Positions 22,243 through 36,600 of a stretch of DNA of 64,000 nucleotides are shown here, piece by piece. The stretch covers positions 16,306,001 to 16,370,000 of the forward strand of contig CATNEN010000038.1 of assembly GCA_950097015.1 (NCBI GenBank). Reading direction: 5' to 3'. The notes under the pieces were generated by a model. The model saw only the letters and a list, made by a program, of their open reading frames with translations, ran no database searches and was not told the origin of the DNA. The translations under genes were made by a program, and so were the position numbers. Origin of the DNA: Macrostomum hystrix (lineage: Eukaryota; Animalia; Platyhelminthes). How positions within the stretch are numbered: position 1 is the first letter of the stretch; each line of letters starts with the position of its first letter.

Positions 22243-23354
22243 TTTTTGTCAGAGGTCTGTGTAACAACATAAGGGCAAGTCAAATTTCAGTCAATGTCAT
22301 TTTACTCACACTTCACGTCACGAAAGACACAACATAAAAACGAGTATATTTAAAGTCATGTCTTTTGGAACAGTTTATAAGGATAAAAGTAAGCATTGTA
22401 AATACTATCCACGTAAAACAAAATAATTATGCCATATTTTTGTGTGTTCATGAAGAAAAAAATAGATTGTGTAATGAATCAGTTGTCGGAATTCTAGAAA
22501 TGGAAATCTGCAAGTTAAAAACAGTTTAATCACATAAGAACTTATCTATTTAAACACAGTAAACCAATAGAAACAAGGGGAATAGATATACCGAGATTCT
22601 AACAAAAACTATCTGGTCGAAGAAGATATTGAACACAAGTTAGAATGCAGAAAAGTTAAAGCAATTGATATAATGCACACCAATATAAAATATAAATTAT
22701 ACACTGTAATAAAAGTCATGCTGACACTAAAACAGCTAAGCCGATAATGAGAAGTTTAATGCTCGTTCAAGCACTACTTATAATAATGCAATTCGTAAAA
22801 GTTAATTACATGTACTTGTGACAACACATGATTTACACGTAGCTTTGTGCGATTATACTTGACAGCTTTTAGCAGCGAAATCTAACAGAAAGTGTATATT
22901 GGCAAAGGAAGACACAAGCAAATGTTAAAGCATAGTTTTTCTTTTATAAACAAATGCTTGAGAAAAAAAGAGGCGTACAGCTTTTGCAACAGAAACGACT
23001 ATAGCGAGCTATAAAAAACAGGACAATACACATGATATAATTTCTGACACAGCACATTGATCTCATTGAAACTTGACGACTAAAAAGTTATCAGTTGTTA
23101 CTATTTTTAGAACTTGCTGTGACAACCTAAATTTAGCCCCAAGCAACCTCAAACGCGTGACTTAGCTCAGCCAATCAAAGGTAGTCTTTCGCAACAAGGA
23201 AATCATGGTATTTCTATCCGAATTCATTTTTATAACTATAAAATGACACAAACTGATACATTAAGACGAATATTTTTTAATGGGTTTCACAACATATACT
23301 GTAGACGCTGTGCTATTCATAGTCAGTCTTTGCTATCAAACAGTTGCAATCTAG

Positions 23355-24385
23355 TCAGTTCTTGTCGACCAGATTAGTACGAGAATTGTTCATCTCCGTG
23401 TCATTACTGCCGGCCGCAGTGTCACCCGAGCAGCAATCACTGAAAATGTGCTATTTTCGTTATAGGTTGTCTGCTTTCCGAATAACTGTTTAGCATCTGA
23501 CACACTGTTTGGTCAGCATTAAAAGAACTTCAGTAGTTCATATCCAGTAAAACAAAGCTTTAATATGGTACTCACCTTCCTCTACGCAAAGCAATGATGC
23601 CATAGAGAATGCCACAGCCAGCCATTAGTGCACAGGCCACCCACATAGAGATAGATGTGGCGCACAGAATCAATGGAATTATGGCAACCCTGAGAAGTAA
23701 AAAAAAGCGAATTCAATTTTTTACTTATAAAATAGCAAATAGTATTAGACATGAAACTTGTCTAAATAGTTAATAACTTACACAATGTAGGCTACAGCTT
23801 TAAGTATAGGTGAAAGGCGTTGAGAAAAAATGTACAATTTGTCTGTGAACTCAAACATCAGACAGCAGTAGGGTGCTTCAAAGGCAACCACAATGAAGCC
23901 AAATATTCTGAAACAAAAAAGCTTTATGTTAACTTCAGAATTAATGGTTAAGAGTAAAGCCATATACATAAAACACATCATTGAGTAGCTATGAGTTAGC
24001 TACTTACCCTAAAAGGATGCCAGCTATAAAGCAGTTTGCCCTAAAAGTCACACAATTGTACACTCCCATGGCAATGGAAACTGAAATTTTTTGTTTATAC
24101 GAAACAGACATACAAAAAGAGAATAGTTTATTCTAGAATTAAATAAAGGCATGCACTGTAATTTATGAATTCAATAATAACTTAACATTTTTTGCAATGA
24201 ATTAAACTGCTATAAACGAATAAAAATTCTCAGCATATGAACTTCATTCAGTATTAAAGACAGAGCAAAATAAAAATGTAAAAAAGCCAGTACATACGGA
24301 CTCCACCAATGCAACCAACTGCTTGGGCTCCATAGACAAGAAATTTATCGCTAGAATTGATGTTACTTAAGTCTTTATTGTCCAT
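23355..24385 (-). CDS. CACFD1: Flower / calcium channel flower-like small membrane protein; exons 24385-24298, 24080-24008, 23907-23782, 23689-23576, 23439-23355
   Basis: Reconstructed protein MDNKD..YGAQAVGCIGGVLSIAMGVYNCV..CFIAGILLGIFGFIVVAFEAPYCCLMFEF..LKAVAYIVVAIIPLILC..GILYGIIALRRG contains the EAPxCC motif of the Flower family. All introns are GT-AG and in phase. Confidence 0.85.
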
Positions 24386-26394
24386 AATAGATATTCTTTA
24401 GGATATGGGAAATTTATTTTAATGGAAAGAGTTCGATAAATTGACTGATTTGATAAAATACTAACAAATCACTTCGCATGCCACAGTGCTTAACGATACG
24501 AAAGATTATAATTGATAAATAAAGATAGGTTATTTCAATGAAAAAAAACGGAATAATACAAGTTAAATTTCGTAGCATGGTAATTGTTATGACAAAAAAG
24601 AAGGTTTTTGCACTTTTTAATAAAGTTAAATATAATTTTGGATACTCTATTAGCCCCAAAGCTTAAAGGCTAACTTAAAATTTAAGGTTTGCTACAAGTT
24701 TTAGTTTTAATGCACAGAGGCATTATTATTTAGGCCGACTTTTTAATTTACAATTTTGCAGGAATTCAAACTCGTGGGCAAGCCTTTGGAATTGCCTCTA
24801 TTCATCATGCGTGGAGGTCGCAGTTTTATTATACCTTTTAACTTTTTTCTAATAATCTCTGTGCCTATTTATATTGAATTTTAATCCTGCCCGAATGGCT
24901 CATGATTCAAAACTAAATGGCTTTTGCGGTTGGCTTCAAACTGGAGGCATGTTTTACAACTTTTGTGTTTGTCGTTTTACGGTTTAACAAATAAAGACTT
25001 TACTAAGTTTGAAGAAGATTTTATAATATTTCTTTAGGATTCCGTTTATTCATTTCTTATTGGCTATTAAAATGCAATCGCTCGCAGTGAACTTAATTTG
25101 GTAAAAATATAGATTACCAGCTTTATTATAGGATATCTAAGACATGCTGCTTGGGTGAGGTCTGAAGCGTCCCAGGTCATTTCGGTGACAAGACATTTCG
25201 GTGACAGTCTTCTCATTTGTGTTGTAGGGCTCCTTTTTTCTTTGTAAATTACTTACATTATTCACTGCAAAATGCTTATTGTTAATTATTAACTTTAATT
25301 ATATTTAAATTTACCTAAAAGGGAAATATAACACTTTATTATATATATATTTCATAACTGTGGTAGCAAATCACAAGTGCCCGAGCACTTGTGAGACAAG
25401 ACACTTTAACTCTCAAACTGTATAGAATCACTCTTTAATATTTTTTGGTTACAACCAGTCTTTAAAAGGCTCCAATGGATCAGAGGGCACCATTCAGACA
25501 CAATGTATATATTATTTACTCTATTGCTCTACTCATATAACTGGCTCTAAGTCTCTGATAACCAATCAGCTTTCACTTTTACCACCAAACATTAATACAG
25601 AACACGAGTGAAATTTAGTGAAAGAACTTATTGCTTACAAAACATATATTTGTGAACTCCCATCTCATGGACCTTGCCTTTTAGTTTGGAAAACGTGCGC
25701 ATATATTATAGAATAAATTGAGGTGGGCAGACATAGTTAAACAAAATGTTACAGCCTATTCAAACAAAGAAAAATTATTTGCATATTTTTATCAACTTTC
25801 TAGGAATCATACATACGGTAACTTTATAGGCCTACAATATCATGGGAGCAAAAGTAAAAACTAACCTACCACATTTGCAATAAAAATTATCTAGTAGACT
25901 GAACCCAAAGGATTAGCTATACATTAATTTCTAATTAAAGTCAATTTTGCAAACCTTAGATGTTTTGAAGACAGTAACTATATCATTCATGTTATCAATC
26001 TTGCAAGCATTTGTAGGTAAACATGGTTAGGGTTGGAAACAAATGTCCATAGACAGCTCTGGGCTAATATTTATATGCAAACGTTAGTAGGCAAACTATT
26101 GGTATGCAGACATGCATATCATCTCCCTTTGTACAATCAAGTGCTATGCTAATTTAAATCCATTCCGCTAATGCATGCCATCACAGCCATTTTTTGCCAA
26201 TACTTAATAGACTTTTAGAACTAAGTAGATAACAGCTTAAAGTATATTAGCTACCTTAGCTACCTAGAATTTTTAGCAAAGCTTCTTCTAGAGCAGTCAT
26301 TTTTTCTTGGAAGATTTTTATTATTTAATGTAAACCTTCTCTTTTAGTATTTTTTTCTTGATTTAATTTTAGGTTGTAATATTCCCAACAATTT

Positions 26395-26605
26395 GGGTCA
26401 TTTAGCAAGATACTTAACTCTGCATTGCTTCAGTTCACCCAGCTGTTAAATGGGTAACAGCATCAGCTGGGATAATTGAAGTTGGGTGTGGTATCCCCCT
26501 AGTCCTTGGACTGAACATCTGTACGCAGCCTTCAGATGCACCCTGCCATACTTGTAGCTGCTGCTGTGCTGTCAGCTGCACATCTGGCCCAATTGGGCCA
26601 GGTGT
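26395..26605 (+). mobile_element. SINE family B, headless copy
   Basis: TTGCTTCAGTTCACCCAGCTGTTAAATGGG...GGACTGAACATCTGTACGCAGCCTTCAGATG matches 1690-1860. Confidence 0.8.
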
Positions 26606-27227
26606 AATGAATTAGTTGATTAGGTTTTTTAGTATTTAGTAAATTATATGTCAAGTCTTAAACTCCTATATATAAAATTTTATAGAATCAAAAGATTTGA
26701 AACTTAAAAGTTAAGACCTATGACTTTGACTTAAAAGAATGGTAAATAAAAATGACAAATTTTAGTGAATTACATATCCACAGTATTTAGCTATCAACAT
26801 AGCCATTTTTTAATAACTAGGACTTTGCTTTGCTAACATATTAAGTAGCTATCACAGTACTTGTATATAGACATCAAGACACAAGCTGATAGATGTAGCG
26901 GTAACTAATACAGTGAGGACTATGAATACCACACCAGACCAAATATTTCATTGTCTTGTTGAGCTCTACAAATTTTCAAAAAATTTTTAACTGACTAGTC
27001 TACCTATACAATCATACTTGTATGTAAAGCTTGTATGTAAATAAGAGCTTGTAGCCCAGCCCATTTCTTAGAGCTTCAGACCTCTAACCAATAGGTCGAG
27101 AGTTCGATTCTTAGCCCAACAAAAAATTGTGTCCATGATTTAGGCACTTTAAAATAATTCTTTGCAGCACAGATTAAGGCATCCTTTTAAGTTAAAAGTT
27201 TCATAAATTTGTCTTTAAAAATTTTAG

Positions 27228-30200
27228 AGCTAGAAGTTTCGTTGGATCGGAACCAGTCCGGCAATGGCTCGATTATCAAACCCAATTGGTTTCCACAGTT
27301 CTGCATGGTGCTAGAAAAGTTTAGACAATTCTATTTCTTCAATTCAGAAGAGGTAAGTGCGATTTTAACGTTTGATCTTAGAAATTAACCCTTTTTTCTT
27401 GATATATAATGCGCATTTAGCAAGTTAAACAGCATTTTAATAATTTTTCTTTACATTTAGCCCTAACTGCGTAATTCCGTTAGCCACAATAGGTTTTAGA
27501 AAGAATGCAGTCAAATTTAACACGATGTTGAACTCCAGCAGCAAAGTACTTGTAGTTGATTTTATAAGGCACAATGAGAGGTTGATTGTGTTATAATCGT
27601 GTGAAGAATAAAAATATTGATCTAGTAATGTATTTAGTAGTAATTTCGGTTTTCAAGATTGTAAAATATTTTTTTTCGATAAAAAATTTTTTCTTGTATT
27701 TTTTTCAGATCGGTTTACTTCCGTCTTGTAACCAATAATGTTTGTGTTTTTTGTGTCGCGTAATAGCCTATGAGCGATGTCTCAATGTTAATGTCAAAGT
27801 AACTATTATTTATAACAATACATTCGGTGAATTAACTTTAGTGAAAAAGTTTCGTTTACCCACCTGCTCATTTTTTCCATTCTTGTTGTTTCTATACAGG
27901 CAAGTCGCATTCCTTCAGACAAGACACAGTTCCTTCAGACAAGACACATTTCGTTCAGACAAGACACATTTCGTTCAGACAAGACACATTTCCTTCCGAC
28001 AAGACACATCTCCATCACACAAGACACATTTCCTTCCGACAAGACACATTGCCCTCAGACAAGACACATTGCCCTCAGACAAGACACATTGCCCTCAGAC
28101 AAGACACATTCCCTTCAGACAAGACACATTCGCTTCAGACAATGCACTTTGCCCTCAGACAAGACACATTTCCTTCAGACAAGACACATTGCCTTCAGAC
28201 AAGGCATTTTGCCCTCAGGCAAGACACATTTCTTTCAGACAAGACACTTTCGATTTAGAAAAAAATGCATTCCGTTCAGACAAGAAACATTCTCTTCAGA
28301 CAAGACACATTTCCCTCAGACAAGACACATTTCCATCAGACAAGACACATTTCCTTCAGACAAGACACATTTCCTTCAGACAAGATTTCGATTTAGAAAA
28401 AATGCATTCCGTTCAGACAAGAAACATTCTCTTCAGTCAAGACCCTTATAATAAAAGTGCAGAACAATAATTAATTTGTGCAAGTCTTCAGCTGTGCATG
28501 TTTTTTGCCGTTTAATAGCGAGTTATTTCCTTACGATAACAAAGAGAACAGTCTGTCGATTCTAATTAACTAAATAATTTAACCATCATGTCGAAGTTTT
28601 GTCTCGTTACTGTCATTATAACTTCATGTGTTATTGAAATTGTGTTCGTTAGTACGAAACCCTTACTCTCAGTAGTATAAATGCAATTTGTCTGTATTTC
28701 TGTGTAAACCAAAAAAAGCTGTTTTCAAAAATTGTATTTTTAGTGGTGATAGTTTCTAGCAAGAGATAATCGTATACTAACATTAAATAACGACTTATTG
28801 GGCATTTACTTGTAATTGACACTAAATTACATTTTTTTAATTGTTTGCACTTTTCCTCGCATGTCCTGTAATCTGAAGTCTAAGCTAATCTTTACTAAGA
28901 TTCACAGCAATAGAACATATTTTTTCCATTTTTGGGTAATCCTTATTTGAAATGCCAAAATTAATAAATTTCACTGTCCTAATAGTTTCAAAGATGTTAC
29001 TAAAGCACAAGCTAATCTATTTCTCTCGAAAATCCCAAAATTTCTCTTCTCTCTTAAGAATCTTTTTCTATTAAAGATACACATTTTCACATAGTGATTT
29101 CAATTTTAAACACCTACGTGTATTTACTCTACCTAATATTACGAATTAGTTTTTCTATTTTAAACATCCCAAATGAGATTTCATATTTCGAAAAACCTAA
29201 AATAATATTCATTAATTCAAAGAACTGAATATTATATTCCTCCTTTTTAAAATCCCGCAAAATAGAACTCTAGATGATTCCAAGTTCAATTCCAATCCCT
29301 AGTTTTTTTAGGATAAAATATTATCAATATGAGATTTCTTTCTTTTTTAGAACCCTAAATCTAATTTCTTAGATAAAATATTCACACCCCTAATCACCCA
29401 GATCCCTAATTTAAGCAATTTTAATCCCTTCAAATTTCCGAAATTCCAGTACAGACGTTGCTCTACTAAATCCTGTCCTTTTTATGACCTATTGGCCATA
29501 ATATCTATTGGCCATAAGTTTTGTTGCTATCAGCAAGTTCTTATCCCATATCCCATCGCTAAAACCCCGCAGGAGGCGCAAGCCTTTCTATCTAGCCAGC
29601 AGAGTCGCTGGCAGCTGGCCTCGCTGACTAGAATAGATTCGCCCGGTGGACTGGCGCAATTTCAACAATTCTGGACTAGCGCGGAGGAAAAACGAGATTT
29701 CTGCGGTGAGGGCTTTTGTTAAACATCTTCGCTGGGTAACCGAAACACCGACGAACGTTCAGGCATCACACTCACTGATGAACAGGGAGGGCATCACACT
29801 CACTGATGAACAGGGAGGGCAACCCACTCACTGAGGAACAGGGAGGCCATCACACTCACTGAGGAACAGGGGGGGCAACCCACTCACTGAGGAACAGGGA
29901 GGGCATCACACTCACTGAGGAACAGGGAGGGCATCACACTCACTGAGGAACAGGGGGGGGCAACCCATTCAATGAAGAACATGGAGGGCAACTCACTCGC
30001 TCAGGAACAGAGAGGGCAACCTACTCACTTCAAAAAATGAATGAATGGCAACCCAATCATTCAAAGAATGAATGAATGGCAACCCAATCATTCAAAGAAT
30101 TAATGAATGGCAACCCAATCATTCAAAGAATTTATGAATGGCAACCCAATCATTCAAAGAATTAATGAATGGCAACCCAATCATTCAAAGAATTAATGAA

Positions 30201-33200
30201 TGGCAACCCAATCATTCAAAGAGTGGATGAATGGCAACCCAATCATTCAAAGAGTGGATGAATGGCAACCCAATCATTCAAAGAATTAATGAATGGCAAC
30301 CCAATCATTCAAAGAATTAATGAATGGCAACCCAATCATTCAAAGAATTAATGAATGGCAACCCAATCATTCAAAGAATTAATGAATGGCAACCCAATCA
30401 TTCAAAGAATTAATGAATGGCAACCCAATCATTCAAAGAATTAATGAATGGCAACCCAATCATTCAAAGAGTGGATGAATGGCAACCCAATCATTCAAAG
30501 AATTAATGAATGGCAACCCAATCATTCAAAGAATTAATGAATGGCGACCTAATCATTCAAAGAATTAATGAATGGCAACCCAATCATTCAAAGAATGAAT
30601 GAATGGCAACCCAATCATTCAAAGAATGAATGAATGGCAACCCAATCATTCAAAGAATTAATGAATGGCAACCCAATCATTCAAAGAATTAATGAATGGC
30701 GACCTAATCATTCAAAGAATTAATGAATGGCAACCCAATCATTCAAAGAATTAATGAATGGCAACCCAATCATTCAAAGAATTAATGAATGGCAACCCAA
30801 TCATTCAAAGAATGAATGAATGGCAACCCAATCATTCAAAGAATTAATGAATGGCAACCCAATCATTCAAAGAATTAATGAATGGCAACCCAATCATTCA
30901 AAGAATGAATGAATGGCAACCCAATCATTCAAAGAATTAATGAATGGCAACCCAATCATTCAAAGAATTAATGAATGGCAACCCAATCATTCAAAGAATT
31001 AATGAATGGCAACCCAATCATTCAAAGAATTAATGAATGGCAACCCAATCATTCAAAGAATTAATGAATGGCAACCCAATCATTCAAAGAATTAATGAAT
31101 GGCAACCCAATCATTCAAAGAATGAATGAATGGCAACCCAATCATTCAAAGAATGAATGAATGGCAACCCAATCATTCAAAGAATGAATGAATGGCAACC
31201 CAATCATTCAAAGAATGAATGAATGGCAACCCAATCATTCAAAGAATGAATGAATGGCAACCCAATCATTCAAAGAATTAATGAATGGCAACCCAGTCAT
31301 TCAAAGAATTAATGAATGGCAAACCAATCATTCAAAGAATTAATGAATGGCAACCCAATCATTCAAAGAATTAATGAATGGCAACCCAATCATTCAAAGA
31401 ATTAATGAATGGCAACCCAATCATTCAACTAGAATGAATGAATGGCAACCCAATCATTCAAAGAATTAATGAATGGCAACCCAATCATTCAAAGAATGAA
31501 TGAATGGCAACCCAATCATTCAAAGAATTAATGAATTGCAACCCAGTTATTCAAAGAATTAATGAATGGCAACCCAATCATTCAAAGAATTAATGAATTG
31601 CAACCCAGTTATTCAAAGAATGGGGTACAATCAACAATCCACATTGCCTTGTTAATTGTCGATCTGTTTAGCCAAGCGAAACTAACCGTCGTTGAAAATA
31701 AGTTGATCATGTGAATTGTTTAAACATCGTGGTAAACATTTTCAAACGCCATGTATGTATTTGTGCATACTTAATAAGTATTTGCAGTCTGGCAGTACAA
31801 TTAATGTCAAGTGAATGTCCCGTTTTAGTCTAGTTGTCATATTTATAGTCCTTAGAAGTTTTTGTTAAATTTCTTGTGTTAAATTTTCTCTTTTCTTAAT
31901 AGCAAAATTTTCAAGCCATCCATAAAATAATGCCATGCAAGTTAGTCAGTTACAACTGCATATCTTCATCCCACAGGTGAGAGATAACGATATTATAAAC
32001 TACTTCTCTCCTAGCTTTCGCTGTACAATTTTCGCTCACCTGCGGGGCGAAACAGATTATTGTACAGTGGTCTAATTCTCATTCTCTTTATTTATCAATC
32101 TAAAACCCGAGTCGACGGCTTTAATGTACACAGAGGCAATGGCAATAACAACTGGATTCATTTTAGAATACGAAAAATAAGTTATTTGGTTCTTGTAGTC
32201 TGCGCCTCACTATGTGCGCACCGCTTGTCGGGGGGGGGGCGTTAAGACCAACGCAATTTACTAGGGCTAGTAACCAACCCCTCCTACTTGGCTCGACGCA
32301 GAAATTTTGTGCTAAATATTTCTCTCTCTCTCTGTGTCTCACCCCCCTCTCTCTCTTCATTTATTCTCGCTTATACTCAAAAAGCTGACTCAAGCAATAT
32401 AAGCCCGCTGTAAAATAAGTTTTCGACGAAAAAATAGAACTTTTTATTTCTAATATAGATGAGAATATACTTCTTTCCTAATTAAATATGCTAATATAAC
32501 ACAAAGATATTACCTTATTTGGTTAGAGAAGTTTCTTGATTTCGTCTGTCCTCATTAAAACCAAATAATCGGAGCAATGTCCAGTCCGTTTAAACGGTTA
32601 GCATCGTTGCGTCGATCGGACACCAGACTGCAGCGTTATAAGGAGCCAGCTGTTGAAATCGGCAAATCAGATTTTGTCTACTTTCCGAGTGAGATTTTCG
32701 CTAATAATATCTAAATCTTAAGGTGCCATTTTTAGATATGGGAAGTTGCATTTTGTAATCTTGGGATTTGCCATTCGTAGATATGAGATGTGCCATTTTG
32801 AAGATCTGGGAAGTGCCATTCAGTTGATATGGGATGTGCCATTTTGAAGATCTGGGAAGTGCCATTCAGTTGACATGGGATGTGCCATTTTGAAGATCTG
32901 GGAAGTGCCATTCAGTTGATATGGGATGTGCCATTTTGAAGATCTGGGAAGTGCCATTCAGTTGACATGGGATGTGCCATTTTGAAGATCTGGGAAGTGC
33001 CATTCAGTTGATATGGGATGTGCCATTTTGAAGATCTGGGAAGTGCCATTCAGTTGATATGGGATGTGTCATTTTGAAGATCTGGGAAGTGCCATTTAGT
33101 TGACATGGGATGTGCCATTTTGAAGATCTGGGAAGTGCCATTCGTAGATATGGGATGTGCCATTTTGTAGATTAGGAAAATGCCATTTAGTATGTCTGGG

Positions 33201-33639
33201 AATCGCCATTTTGTAGAACTTAGAAGTGCGATTTTGCAAATCTGAGAAGTGCCATTTTTATCGAGCTGGGAAGTGCCATTTTGTAAATCTTGGAAGTCTC
33301 GATCCTAAGCGCCTTGCTCAAGGACACCAACAGTTTATTCTGAGTTGAGAATCGAACTCCCAACCTCTTTGTCAAAAGACCCCGAAGCTCTAACCACAGC
33401 GCTAAAAGTTGCTGACATTGTCAATATGAGATTATCAATCGATAATCTATCGATCTATCGATAATCTAAATTCAGGCGTTTAAGTACTACTATTGTGCCT
33501 AATAAGCATAATTTTATGTTTTTTCAGATTCCTCCTATGCTTCATCGGCGGACCTCACTTCCGGTCAGTATGATCCCAGTTGGCGGCGGAGCGTGGCTCA
33601 GTTGCAACAGTCGAGCCGAAATCCTGCATTCGGTAGCAG

Positions 33640-33679
<40 letters not shown>

Positions 33680-36600
33680 CAGCAGAGTACTGGCGCAAAA
33701 ATCAAAGTAAGGCGCATTTAATTGTTTTCGTAGAAATTAAAAAGATTAGCAATACACTCAAATAAGACTCAGATTTCTGGAGATCACAGTATTCTCCCAA
33801 TTACATTGTTAAGCTCTCGATTTCCTGAAATGCCAAAATTAAGGTCGCTATCTCTCAAATCCCCAGAATGAGGTCTCGAATCCCTCAGATCCCTAGATTA
33901 AGATCTCGATATCCCCAGATCACCAGGTTAAGGTCTCGATTAGCTCGAATCTCAAGATTAAGGTCTTGATCCCATTAAATCCTAAGATTAAGGTCTGGAT
34001 CCCATCAAATCCCAAGATTAAGTTCTCGATCAACTCAGATCCCTAGATTATGGTTTGAATCCCATCAAATCCCATGATTAATGTCTGGATCCCATCAAAT
34101 CCCAAGATTAAGGTCTTGATCAACTCAAATCCCAAGATTAAGGTCTTGATCAACTCAAATCCCAAGATTAAGGTCTGGATCAACTCAGATCCCTAGATTA
34201 TGGTCTGGATCCCATCAAATCCCAAGATTAAGGTCTTGATCAACTCAAATCCCAAGATTAAGGTCTTGATCAACTCAAATCCCAAGATTAAGGTCTGGAT
34301 CAACTCAGATCCCTAGATTATGGTCTGGATCCCATCAAATCCCAAGATTAAGGTCTGGATCCCATCAAATCCCATGATTAATGTCTGGATCTTATCAAAT
34401 CCCAAGATTAAGGTCTCGATCAACTCATCCCTATGTTAAGCTCCTTTTTCCTCAGATTAGTTTTTCCATTCTACCAGAGCCTAACAACCGTCTCCTTCGC
34501 CAACAATTCATCAGAGCCTGTTCCGCGGCATCAGCATCAAGCGTACGCGCAGCATTGCCAAGCTGGACACCGGCAGAAAGCAACAGCAGCAGCAGCAGCA
34601 GCACTCAGGTGCCTCGCGTGAGAACAACTCTTCGGATAGTCACCATAGCAACACGAATGACTCATCGCTGGCTAGCGGCGGCGTCATTGCTGATACGAAC
34701 AGCTGGCAGTCAGGAGGCATCTGGCACGATAGGCAGGCGTCTGCTGGCGGACTTCAGGGACCAGCGTCCAGACTGCATGCCGATTCAGATGAGTGAGTTT
34801 GCTGTCTAGATTGTCCATTTCATGATCCTTTTGGGTAGGATTTCATGATCCTTTTGGGTAGGATTTCTGATCCTTTTTGGTAGGAATTCATGAACCTTTT
34901 GGGTAGGATTTCTGATGCTTTCAGGCAGGATTTCATGATACTTTCATGTAGGATTTCATGATACTTTGGGTAGGATTTCTGATCCTTTAAGGCAGGATTT
35001 CGTTATCCTTTTGGGTAGGATTTCGTGATCCTTTCGGGTAGGATTTCTGATGCTTTCAGGCAGGATTTCATTATCCTTTTGGGTAGGATTTCATGATCCT
35101 TTCAGGCAGGATTTCATTATCCTTTCGGGTAGGATTTCATGATCCTTTCGGGTAGGATTTCTGATCCTTTCAGGCAGGATTTCATTATCCTTTCGGGTAG
35201 GATTTCATGATCCTTTCGGGTAGGATTTCTGATCCTTTCAGGCAGGATTTCATGATCCTTTCAGGCAGGATTTCATTATCCTTTCGGGTAGGATTTCATT
35301 ATCCTTTCGGGTAGGATTTCATGATCCTTTCGGGTAGGATTTCTGATCCTTTAAGGCAGGATTTCATTATCCTTTCGGGTAGGATTTCGTGATCCTTTCG
35401 GGTAGGATTTCATGATCCTTTCGGGTAGGATTTCGTGATCCTTTCGGGTAGGATTTCATGATCCTTTCGGGTAGGATTTCATGATCCTTTCGGGTAGGAT
35501 TTCATTATCCTTTCGGGTAGGATTTCATTATCCTTTCGGGTAGGATTTCATGATCCTTTCGGGTAGGATTTCATGATACTTTCGGGTAGGATTTCATTAT
35601 CCTTTCGGGTAGGATTTCATGATCCTTTCGGGTAGGATTTCATTATCCTTTCGGGTAGGATTTCGTGATCCTTTCGGGTAGGATTTCATGATCCTTTCGG
35701 GTAGGATTTCGTGATCCTTTCGGGTAGGATTTCATGATCCTTTCGGGTAGGATTTCATGATACTTTCGGGTAGGATTTCATGATACTTTCGGGTAGGATT
35801 TCTGATCCTTTCGGGTAGGATTTCATGATCCTTTCGCGTAGGATTTCATGATCCTTTCGGGTAGGATTTCATGATCCTTTCGGGTAGGATTTCATGATAC
35901 TTTCATGTAGGATTTCTGATCCTTTCAGGCAGGATTTCATTATCCTTTTGGGTAGGATTTCGTGATCCTTTCGGGTAGGATTTCATGATACTTTCATGTA
36001 GGATTTCTGATCCTTTTAGGCAGGATTTCATTATCCTTTTGGGTAGGATTTCGTGATCCTTTCGGGTAGGATTTCATGATACTTTCATGTAGGATTTCTG
36101 ATCCTTTTAGGCAGGATTTCATTATCCTTTTGGGTAGGATTTCGTGATCCTTTCGGGTAGGATTTTTTTCTTTAAGGCAAGATAGATTAGTAAACATTAA
36201 ATTTCTCGAAACTTTTTTTTTACTTAAATCCCGTGTTTAACTATCTGTGTCTTACCTTCAGCTCATCAGCAGCTATGAAGCGATCTATAAGCATGGGCCG
36301 AATCGGCCGCCAATGGCCACAGCCGCAGCCGCAGCCGCAGCAGCGTCAGCCCGCGTCAAAACGAGGCGAAAGCGGCTCCAGCGGCGGCGTCGGCGGCATT
36401 GTAACAAGCTGTGTGCCAATCAACAGTCGCGGCAGAGGCGAAGATTTTGAAGTCGATGACGATCATAATGAGCAGAGACTTGGCGCATTCAACAATACGC
36501 CACCAGATGTTGCGAGTAGCGGGTGAGCTAGTTTTCATTAATTATCGTTTTTGCCAATAAATTTCCTAGGATTTTTTATTTCAAAATTTCGAAACTCCTG

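Noticed and set aside
25070-25155. Possible first exons of the RasGAP (MQSLAVNLI / GYLRHAAW)
   Set aside because: I could not find a phase-compatible path to exon 27228, so it was left unannotated.
29770-29815. CTGATGA repeats as hammerhead or C/D-box motifs
   Set aside because: No stem II or downstream GAAA; part of the 28-bp minisatellite.
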